Shown here one piece after another: positions 11,801 through 21,946 of a DNA stretch of 64,000 bases (position 1 is the first letter of the stretch; every line of letters begins with the position of its first letter). This DNA is from Convolutriloba macropyga. Lineage: Eukaryota. A model generated the notes under the pieces. The model did not search any database. It was given only the letters and a program-made list of their open reading frames with translations, and had not been told where the DNA came from. The DNA is taken from positions 40,796,001 through 40,860,000 of the forward strand of contig NC_134481.1 of the NCBI RefSeq assembly GCF_964194025.1. The letters are read 5' to 3'. The translations under genes were made by a program, and so were the position numbers.

Positions 11801-14800
11801 TTTCGATTTTTTGGATCGGATTTTTTTCTAAAGCGTTTTCCCTATCTATTGATAGTTCATTCTAGGCCTAGTTTTTTAACCAAATTTCCATTTCTCGCTA
11901 CTGGTTTTTTTTGTTGGCATGCGGCATTTCGACATTGAATGTTTTTTTAATTTTTTATCTGATTTTTTTAGAAATGGTTTTGCCAATTCACTCATAGTCC
12001 GTTCTAGGCCTTGTCTTTTGTTTAGTTAATGAAAATTCTTTGAATTGTATGTCAGGACTTGTCCTGCTATGTTTTTTAATTCGCTTTATCTTTTGATCAC
12101 GTTTTCCAAATGCCAATGTTACAAATATTTTGACCGATAAGACCAGTAAGTTTTAGTTATGAAACTGGAAAAGTTGATTTTTACAATTATTTTGTTTTAG
12201 ATTTGCGGCATTAGTGCACTATCTTAAGCTGTTGGACGGACAAACGCATCTGCAAAATGTGTATTAATTGAAGTTCAAAGCAGTTATTGTAAACGTGTGT
12301 GTCTTTTTTTATGCAAAGTTTTTGCTTGACAATTTTGACTTTTCGAGTGACTTTTACGCCCTTGAGTTTTTGCGTTTCGCGTGATCTAAAATTCTTTCTC
12401 AATCGCAATTTCAAGCAGCTGAATTCAACTGCGGAAATTTATTCCTAAATTCAAATGAAAAGTGCGCCGAAACGGGTGCCATTTTTTACTTTAAATCTTA
12501 ATAGTGGTATATGTTAACCTCTAATGTGGTTTTTTGAAGCCCACTATTGAACTTCTTAGTTCCATTCAGGCTCCCCTTCACTTCCCCCTCCCCTCCCGAC
12601 TGAAGCAGGCTGCAATCGATTAGAGCTCCCTCTAGTCGTTTGAGAGCAATTCTTCCAACGTTTAGTCGGTTATGTTTTTATAAATTAACACGTTAGTCGG
12701 TTATATTTGTTTATTCTGAAAATTATAATTATTTTGTTCTGGTGGGTTACACTACTATTGGCGGTGTTAAGGTGGACAGATGAGTTACCCAGTATACACC
12801 AGAAACAACCGAAGTCAATCTGCACTGAGTGAAATGAGTGTTAGATTTGATAGATTGCAGTTGGAACACGACTCAGCCAAGACTGTCAATGTGCCCAGTT
12901 CCAATGACCAGAATGAGATTGTTCTTATTGATATGAACAGATGTGGGGCGCCATTGATGGAGATTGTAACACAGCCAGACTTCCAGTTTGGATATCAGGT
13001 CAGAGAGCTTAGATGCTAGGAGTATTGGTGGGGGGGGGGGGGGGGTGGGCGTGGGCGTGGGGGTGGGGGGGGGGGGTTGTATCGGAAAAGTCTGTTAGTC
13101 AAAATATTGCTGGCTCGTCGAAACTTAACATTGATGTCGGATTAAAACTGGCCAAACTTCCAGTTTCGAAAACAGGTATCAAGCTTGCAGCTTTTGATTG
13201 GCTGGTAAATATAGAAAATGAAAAATATTGCAAGCTGTATAATTTCATTTTATCGCTTTTTGATAGCGCCGCACTATACCTGAATTGAATCTATATAGCG
13301 CCAATAAATAAATGTCTAGTAAATAAATAACGCACGCTCGACTCCCCTCTCCCCCATTGGAACCCTAAACCCGCCCGCTCAACCGTCCTCTCCGCCGCTT
13401 AAGCCATCCTCTCTTGGGCACAGCTGGCTTCTGACAAATCCAACAGCTCGCCACATCCCGTGTTTAATTTTGAAACTTTTAAATAAAAATTCAAACACCG
13501 TTTCATTCCTGTGCCGCATTTAGGTATAATCTGGGTACGAAATACATGGATCTAGAAAAATATGTACACGTATGTGGTTAGGTGGCTGCTTTCGTGAAAG
13601 AAGTCATGTCAATTCTGAGAAGTGTGAACACGTGTGAGTGTAAATTCCACGAAGGGACCATCCGAGTTGACACTTCTGTGTCTGTCCACCGTCCCGACTC
13701 CTTCCCTCCCCACTGTCTCCACCCTCAAATGACGTCACAGAAAGTACCCTACAGAGACAAGCAGCCAAAATTGCAAATTGATGGTGTGTCTGAGGACGGG
13801 CAAGATTTGCGTAATCTGATCTCGTTCAAATGCAACGTCGAGGAGCTAGATTCCAATTGTAGTCCTGGTAAGTGAAATTGGCTAGTGAGATAGATCCGTG
13901 AGATTGATTTTTGTTGGTTTTGCAACTTTGAAAACAAGCAAAACCAGTCTTCATTAAACTGGATAATAATTCTAGGCTCAGAAAACTCCTTTTAAATTGG
14001 AAGTTATTATGCGTTTATATTCAGTTGATTTGATTAAGACAGAACTTCGAAGATCTGAATGTTTAGAAGTTGACAGTCAACAGCTTTTGGGCGGCACTAT
14101 TGTGGAGATCAAAAACATCAACTCAATCAAATTCTTAACTGAAGCCATCGACTTTGAAATCCTCCGTCAAATTGAAATTTACGAGGGAGCGAGCCAATAC
14201 GATAAACCAGCTTTGGTCGAAAATGAAACGCGTGCGTACAATTCGTCGGCCGAGAGAAAAACAGTGGCGATGAGAGATAAAACAAAAGTTCACGACTATA
14301 GATTTCTTCCTGAAACTAATTTGCCTCCTTTGGTGCTCAAATCAACTCCTAGTGACCAATCGGGGTTGCCAGATGTTGTAATAAGTGACATTAGGAACAG
14401 TATTCCTCAATTGCCAGCTGGAATTAGAAATCAACTTGGTGAGGAACACTTATGTACCAATATTTTCGAAGAAATGGTTTGATATTTTACTGTCACTTTT
14501 TCACTCCTTCCTGTTGGTAAATTTAATTAGTAGCCGCCGTCAACATCTCAGCGGTCATTATTGAGGCGCTCTCGTCTCTTTTACAAATCAAAGAATTTGA
14601 ATTTATTGGAGCGCTGTTTTTTTAAGATCTGTTCACAGTTTTTTGACATTTTTTGTCCTAAAGAAGTCAAATTGGAGTCGTGATTTAAGTCACGCTGGAA
14701 TAGTAAGCGGAGTTTTAGGGTGTGAATTTTCAAACTTTTAAAATGAAGTAAGATATTGCTGTTAAACAGATTTTTGATTGTTGAGAGCAATTTTGACTTT

Positions 14801-17800
14801 ATTTGACATTATTTTCTGCACAAATAGTATTAAAAGGTAATACGTGTGTTCTAATAATGCATAATTGCGGTTTTAAATGCAACTTTTTTGTAGAAACGAA
14901 ATGTTATCAGATTTTGTATTGTTCTGCTTATGCTTACTTTCGTGGTCATCTTGGTATGTGATTTGATTGATATCAGAGGTTGTTCTTCAAGGATACTGTC
15001 AGTAATTTATTCAGCTTTTTAATTCTTTTGAATTGTGATTCAGGGCTGGCAATTTGCCGGCTCGGGTTATTAACTGCTCTCAAACCAATTATATTAGTGT
15101 TGCTAGTCTTTTTATGCATTTTGTTCGTACTACCGACTTTTTGTCTTAACTGAGTTTTTGTAATGATAATTTTGCCAATTAATAGGGGTCAAAGTCAACT
15201 TGAAAAGAAACGAGACAAAATTATGCATCCCAATCGTTAGTTCACGTTCATTTAGACTATCAACCACTATGAGGGCTCATTCTGATTAGAATCCATGATC
15301 AAATTTTATCAAGGTAAATTATATTTGATGGTTTTTATCCTCCAACACGGAAGCTGTTGTCAGAATTAATATTTTGGCTGGCTTTTTGTGGCACTTTTGG
15401 AAAACAGGCTGTTCATTTTAGCTGTAAGTTGAAGTTAGGTATATTGCGGTTGATTTTATTGTGGTATTTGTTGTTTTTTTACCTTTCAATGAAGTTTCGG
15501 GCGTGCTTTTTACGACTACGAGGAGTAATGATTATCTTCCGTTTGATTATCTTTTGTTTAGACTATGAGGAGGTATAACTATCTTGTTTTTATTTACGGC
15601 TAAAAGCAGTTAAGATTATCTTACAGTTTTTACGACTATTAGTTTGCTTACGACTCACAGAAGTTATGATTATCTTTAGTTTTTAATCGGTGGAGAGTGC
15701 GTGAAACATGATGTAAAAGTCGTGTGGCATTGATTGTGAAAACAAGTGCATAGGTCAACCTGTTGAGAGACTAAAAAAATGTTTTTAAAGCTTTTTATGA
15801 GGGCGAGAAAAGTATGTGTCTTTAAGAAAAACAATTATTTTTCAATTCGCGAGCGTCATTCTCATAGCAGTTTTAAATATTCATTTTTAATTTTATGTCA
15901 AATTGGTTTTGCCACACATATTTTATAGTTTGATTTGGCTTCCCTTTTTGGGGGGTGGGGCTGCGTCTTTTCGGGCGTATATCGTTTTGTTGATTTGTTT
16001 CTGGTGATTCCTTGATCGCACAGAACATTGTGGCACTGAGAGTAATTGTTGTGGAGTGTGAACTCAGAAACAAATTATCACACTTCGATTTTTATTTTCT
16101 ATGATGCTTTGTTTTTCCTCCGTTTTTGGGATTTGAATGTTTTAATAAATGAATTTGTTCGTCTAGTGAGTGCTTGTTTGCGGTCCAAGACGATGTTTGT
16201 TTCGTGATGTTTCTTGTACTGTTTGTTAAAGATCTGATCTCAAATTTTGATATTTGAAATTATTGTGATGTCAAATTTCTGTAGGGATTGTGGTAACGCC
16301 AAAGCGAAACTTTGAGAAAAATCAAATAATTTTTTTTATTGATTTCTCTCGAACGAAATCTGAAGCAATTATTGTAAAATTTAAGCTTGACCGTTTTTGT
16401 GCGCATTTTCTGGAACATTCTCTTACTTTTTCACGCTTCACTTCATTTGGAGTGATTTCAATACTTCTACTAAATGCTAATATAAAAGCAATTGTTAGCG
16501 GTTGATTCTCAAATGCGTTGTTGCTTAGTGATAAAGAAGTCTGATGGCTACCCTGGTAGTCTCGGGTTTTGAACTTCACACCTAACTTAAATACCCCCCG
16601 CCCCCGCCTGTCGTTAGAGAGCAATTCATTCGACGTTAGTCGGTTTATGTTTTTGTGATGTAGAATTTGTTCTCTTGAATTTTAATGTTCAGTAAGAAAA
16701 TGGAGTTTGAACAACTTTGTTTTCTTCATTCGGCAATTTGGCTATTTCTCACTATTTTTTGACGCTCATTTTTTGTTTTTTCCGTTTTTCACACCGCTAA
16801 TCTCAACAGTTTTTTTCTCTGCACGCCAATTTTGACCAATTTTTTATACGCGAGGTTATTCTTTCGTCTTTCGTTTTGCTTTAATTGATTGCTGTTTTTA
16901 TAAACGTTTTTGTGCTTCGTTCGTTTTCAAGACTTTGCGAAGATCTGATCTGTTATTGAGATGTCTACCATGGATAGCCGTCGTTTAGTGAGAGTAGTTT
17001 TGAGTGGATTTGAATTTGAAATATTTTTATTTCTCAGCTTATGTTTCCAGTTGTTTTTGGTAATTATTTTTTTCATAGCTGCGAAGCTATTGTGGCAATC
17101 TTTCAGTCATTTTTGTTAATTTGCGCTCTACGACGAGATGGATTTTTTTTTGTTCAATCAGTTGATGATTGTTCATTTTTTGGACAGAACCTTCCAAAAG
17201 TTGTTCCAGTTTCGGATCTTTTCCGTTTATGCCCCCCCCCCCCCCAGCTTAGTGGGCGCATATTATTTGCACTCCCCAGACGCACGTGCCATATTAATAC
17301 ATAATGATTTACTATGTAATGGCACGTGCTCTGTAACTGGGGGCGCATAACTTACTGTACTGGGGGGGCACAAAAGGAAAAGATCCCCAATTTCTTAAAA
17401 ACTGGGACACGGTGAATCAAATTAGTTGCCTCCAATTACTGCAATATTCGCACAAACTTCGACTGTGCGAATATTAATTCACGCTGTCGTCTTTTTTGGC
17501 GTTCAGAATTATGTGTTTTCTGATGACGGATTTTCATTTTTCAGCTGCGGACTTCAATTTGACCTCGCACAGTTTTGGGGTTCTGTCTGAATATCAACTA
17601 TTCGATCTATTCAACCACCTCGTCAAATTTTCTACACCCGAAGTAACCATTTTAAATGCCAATACGATGTTGAGTTGGGTGCTGAACACGCTTATGGTGC
17701 AAGCTAGACCTGCATTGAAAAGGGACTTCCTTTTTCAAATCGACGCTCAACTTATTCACCTTTCGAATTTGAAAGACAAAAACTTCATTGACAGTGGCCA

Positions 17801-18152
17801 TATTTTAAGAGCTGTTCAACTATTGCAGAAAATGGACGATGTTAGTCGTGATCAACTTCGCGACCTTTCTGTGTTCAAACATTGGCTTAGTGATCAGAGA
17901 TGTGTGATCAAAATTCCGAACGATGAGACAAAAATTCTTTTCGAAGAGTTTTGCTCGCAAAATCTTGAACGATTGAAGCTGGTCTCTGAAGAATTTGAAA
18001 ATGGGGCAAATATAGACACAGTTAGTTTATTATCGTGTATCAAATATCATAAATTGAGTAATAAATTTGGAAGAAAGACGAAATTCCAACATGATGCTGA
18101 TTTTGCGTTCAGTTTGTTTTTGAGAAAATTAAATGAATTGAAAAGTTCTTGA
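5887..18152 (+). CDS. GATB: Mitochondrial glutamyl-tRNA(Gln) amidotransferase subunit B (GatB/PET112), 5 exons, 624 aa
   Basis: Exons 5887-6226, 12772-12998, 13582-13867, 14025-14438, 17545-18152 (1875 nt). All introns are GT-AG with matching phases 1,0,1,1. Motifs: [72 protein letters not shown]...DYRFLPE.NLPPL. The last exon is divergent and is assigned by phase and position. Confidence 0.93.
8966..9260. repeat. Foldback palindrome (~135 bp arms, ~20 bp loop), probable MITE, in GATB intron 1
   Basis: AGAAATTCGAACAAA...TTGTTTTGCCCTTGAAAGTTTC... is mirrored by ...GAAACTTTCAAGGGCAAAACAA...TTTGTTCGAATTTCT. Confidence 0.85.
10783..11190 (+). mobile_element. Family A short Helentron-like element (~410 bp)
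   Basis: Same ends and body as 57898-58320 and 12266-12678. Confidence 0.75.
11528..12075 (+). mobile_element. Non-autonomous Helentron-like element, family C
   Basis: Perfect 17-bp subterminal inverted repeat TACAATTCAAAGAATTT (11528-11544) / AAATTCTTTGAATTGTA (12033-12049), then hairpin CAGGAC-tt-GTCCTG and CTATGTTT. Related 3' ends at ~3030 and ~26380, and a related 5' end at ~14582. Confidence 0.75.
12266..12678 (+). mobile_element. Family A short Helentron-like element, 5' end partly deleted
   Basis: Near-identical to 57898-58320. Confidence 0.75.
16341..16652 (+). mobile_element. Family A Helentron-like element (~310 bp)
   Basis: 5' ATTTCTCTCGAACGAA..AGCAATT; 3' GAGAGCAATT, then CGAC-gtta-GTCG and TTATGTTT. 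Confidence 0.65.
17214..17386. mobile_element. MITE with GGATCTTTTCC TIRs and 8-bp TSD
   Basis: TIRs GGATCTTTTCCGTTTATGCCCCC / GGGGGCACAAAAGGAAAAGATCC. Flanks CCAGTTTC / CCAATTTC match 7/8. Confidence 0.85.
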
Positions 18153-18768
18153 AGAAGCGTTTTATGTTAAGGTGTCAAGTCGAAAGAATAATATACATCA
18201 GCAGCTCATTTACGGGGCTGAAAAGACCCCGGGGCAGGACTCAAATCATGCAAACCTTAAGCTGTTAGACATTGCACTAAGACGGCTCATACGAGACTGT
18301 GCGTAGGACACAATGTTCCAATTTATGTCTCAAAGTTGCCAACATTTTTTCTATAATTTTTGGAACAACCTTGATTAACCAACTTTTTTAATATGAAAAC
18401 TGAACAAACTCAAAACTGTCATTTCGATGTGATTTTAACAGATAATAAAGACTACATGCATTGTGAATTAATTTGCCTTTAGAAAATTTAGCTTAAATTA
18501 AGAAAATTTAGCTTGCCATTAAGAAAATTTTGCTTCAAAAATACAGACAGTGATTTGCTAAAAATTCTTATCAGTGTTTACATGACAAAATAAAGAAAAT
18601 GTATGAAATCAAAATTTTCCACAATTTTTTAAACGAACACTGAAGTTCTTTGTTTTTTTTGTCATGCAGTGGACTCTGTATTTTGATCATTCGATTGGCT
18701 GTGAGTAATCTTGAGGAAGAAGTTTAAAGTCAATCAAGCGTTAAGTTGAGAACACGACTACACTGTTT

Positions 18769-19316
18769 AGAACGAAAAAAATTAACCTTATCAGACTTAT
18801 AATAACTTTGATGTTTACGCTGTCCAAATGGTTTTATTTTGATCACCAGTCCAAAATTCTATAGTAGTCTATTGTGTGGTTTCATTTCCAATAAAAGTTT
18901 TATTTTTTTATTTGGTATAAATTTTTCTCTCAATTGCTGCAAAACACTGACTAAAACTAAATCCACTGACTAAAACTAGATCTACCAAATCCACCAAGTC
19001 AGTGTTTCCTAGCTTTTTTCTATATTGACTGTTTTTTTTCCTTTTGATAAAAACTGCCCTTATATGATCAATTCGACGCAGCATTGTTGTACAGAACCCA
19101 TAATGATTTTGTGGATTTAGTTTTTAGTCAGTGTTTTGCTGCAATTGAGAGAAAAATCTAATACCAAATTAAAACTTGAACTTTTTTTGGAAATGAAACC
19201 ACACAATAGACTGCTTTAGAATTTTGGACTGGTGATCAAAATAAAACCATTTGGAAAGCGTAATTATCAAAGTTATTATAAGTCTTATACGGTTAAAAAT
19301 TTTTTTTTACCGTTCT
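18769..19316. repeat. Long inverted repeat (~200 bp arms, ~145 bp spacer), foldback element
   Basis: 18769-18966 is the reverse complement of 19111-19316, e.g. CCAAATGGTTTTATTTTGATCACCAGTCCAAAATTCTA / TAGAATTTTGGACTGGTGATCAAAATAAAACCATTTGG. Confidence 0.9.
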
Positions 19317-20591
19317 CTGCTCAACTGGTTGCTTTTTGTTTTATCCTGTTATTGAATGAATTGATGATGGGTTAAAATTAGGAAGGTCTTCAATGCTAAA
19401 CAAAATTTTACGCAAAAATTGACGAGAGAAATCCGATTTTCTACATGTCCAAAAAAATTCCGTATTTGAGTTTGATTGTTTTGTGTTTGAAGCGATCAAG
19501 CTGATGCTTCTCAGACATTGGTGGTCAACTGGAAATATATCGAGTACTTTTAAGTGTTTAAAATCTAAAGCCTTATAAAGAATTAAGAAAAATTTTCCTT
19601 CTTCCGCGCCACATTGTTTGCTGTTTTCCTGGTTTCAAATTTCATATTTGGCCAATTTTGTGGCGTTTCAATCTGATAAATATTCAAATGAACTTTGGGA
19701 TGTGAGTTTCAGGTTTAGCTTTGATGTCCACAGAATTTCCCAAAAGTGAGTTATTTTTTTTAAAAAAAAACTTCTTTCTTAACTCAAAGAAGTTTTTAAC
19801 TCGAACTTAAAATTGCTTCCCACTGAATAAATAGTCTGTGATATGGAGGACCTAATTTGCACGCGAATTAATTTCTTTGAGAGGCCAGTGAGTTTTCCAA
19901 AGAGATCATTTTGTTTCAACTTCATTATCTTTTCCTTTTTTCTAGAAAAATTGTTTTCTGTAGTTTTCTTGTACATGAGTGCGCCACATTTGCTCATTTG
20001 AATTTGGCTTCATAAGTTGAACATACCCGGAAGATTGTCAAAATATCCGCCATTTATTCCCTTAATCCTGATCGGGTTTGAAAAATTGCTTTTTGTACTA
20101 AAACTTCTTCTAAAGAGAGAATTTACTTCTAAATCTACCGTAAGTAGACAAGCTCCTGTTTTTTATTGAGGGGATACAGGGATACATTATGAATGCCAAA
20201 AAGTTTTAGAGCCAATAACTAAGACTGATAAGAGAAAAATTCAAGTAGCTGGCATCTAAAATTGTGCTCTTATGCGTCTTTCACGCTTCTTTTCTTGATT
20301 TCATGGACGCATTGTATCTGGGTCAAATTGAAATTCTGCTAATAGAAAAAAAGGTGCAAACATGACGAAAAAGATGTTTTTTGTGCAAAACAATTTTTTA
20401 CATCAAGTGCAAATATTATATGAAGCTGTTCATTTTGGAAAAACTGCTAAACTTCTCTACTCTTGTTTTAAAGCCAATCTTGATTCAATGGAACTTATTA
20501 ATTGCTCTCAAACGAAATTTGTCGCAATTTGTCTTGCTGGTCTTTTTTAATGCGATTTTTCGTTCTGCTGACTCTTCATATCATAGTTTTT

Positions 20592-21112
20592 ATAGCTGCG
20601 AAGCTGTAAGCTGAGCGTAGCTATATTTCGGTGCTCTTGGTTTTTTGTTTTGTCGTTTGGCGCTCTTTTTTCGTTTTACATTTGTTCACACAGCAAAGTT
20701 GAAAAAGTCAAATTTTCTGAATGACTTCTTCCTCTCACTAACGGCATTTGCGCGCTTGACGTCATTTCTCACTCGCTATAGCGAAAGTTTTTAGGTTATT
20801 TGCGTGATTAGATTTTGATCATACGTGACTTACCTCACTCAATAAATTGACTTGCACTTTAAAACGTAGGTTTAATTTGAATTTGTTTAAGGTCAAAGGA
20901 ACTCATATGTGCAGTAAAGGTCCCTAATAAGAGGCTTCTGTGGAATGATTTTTAACAAGCTTTATTGATTTATCGCTGAATGTTTTTTAGCCTAGTTTTT
21001 TGAGCGGCGTCGATTTTTTTTTCAATTTACATCTGTATCTGTTTCTATCTCTATTATATGGCATGCAGGTCTATTCTTTCGCAGCTATTCCGGCAATCTG
21101 CCGACTATGTTT
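20592..21112 (+). mobile_element. Family B short Helentron-like element
   Basis: ATAGCTGCGA (20592) / TCGCAGCTAT (21079), then CGGCA-atc-TGCCG hairpin and CTATGTTT. Confidence 0.7.
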
Positions 21113-21946
21113 TTCGTTTGACTGTTAACCCCAAAATCGGAATAAACAGGTAACGCCCACAGGGCATTCAGTCACTGAGCTGTTAACAGGTTGATCCTTG
21201 ATTTGATAACGACTCTCTCGTTTTAAAGTGACTTTTACCTCTTTCTTGGTGCAACTTTCACAACAATGAATTCAAGCAACCAATTACAATTTCCTCAGTG
21301 TGAACAAATTACTAGATTTTCAACCTCTCTTTTGTTTTTTTTGTGATCTTACCTGAACTGACCTTTAAAATATTTAGTTATTAAAGTAATTTTACCTGAA
21401 CTTTCATTAATGCAAAGGTCAAGTTTAAGATTAGTTAAGGTGAAAGTCGAAGCGGGCCCCTTTTTTTCAGGGTTTTTTCTCAGTTTAAGTTAAGCTTCGT
21501 TATGGTACGGCGAAACTAATTGAACGCTTCAGATAAGTCAGGGTATTTTTTCTGGTATATTTACCTATTATGGTATATTTAGGTAAAATATTTGTAATGT
21601 GTTATAGCGCCTATTTTTCATTGATTGTTTTTTATTAATTTTGAATTCATGAATTGCGCTTGGACGAGAAAAGAGTTCTTTAGTGGAATTTAACTTTGGG
21701 AAATTTTATTTCTTTGGAAGCTTTAATAAATAATCAACATCTGATATGTTTGTTTTTGATTTCAGACGTTATAAACGTGATAAATTTCATTTTAGCAAAC
21801 ACTCATTTTTTATCATTGTAAATTTGTAAATAATTTTACACTAGTAATTTCCTGATGATGCTATCAATAGCAAAAACGTTTGAGAACTAAACTGTTGACT
21901 TAAATTTTTTTCATCCAATTCAGACGTTGATGTTGATCAGCTTGAA

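Larger units (their letters stand above)
10626..12678 (+). repeat. Direct duplication of ~560 bp (10626-11190 and 12107-12678), each made of a ~160 bp flank plus a short family A Helentron-like element
   Basis: Both start AAATGCCAATGTTACAAATATTTTGACCGATAAGACCAGT and end GAGCAATT..TTTAGTCGGTTATGTTT. Confidence 0.9.

Noticed and set aside
13013-13288. Gly/Trp-rich ORF and G-runs after GATB exon 2
   Set aside because: Intronic homopolymer G tract. G/C runs are common in this window, so a functional G-quadruplex is unsupported.
19400-20550. Possible decayed coding sequence on the - strand
   Set aside because: Short open stretches with no recognisable homology.
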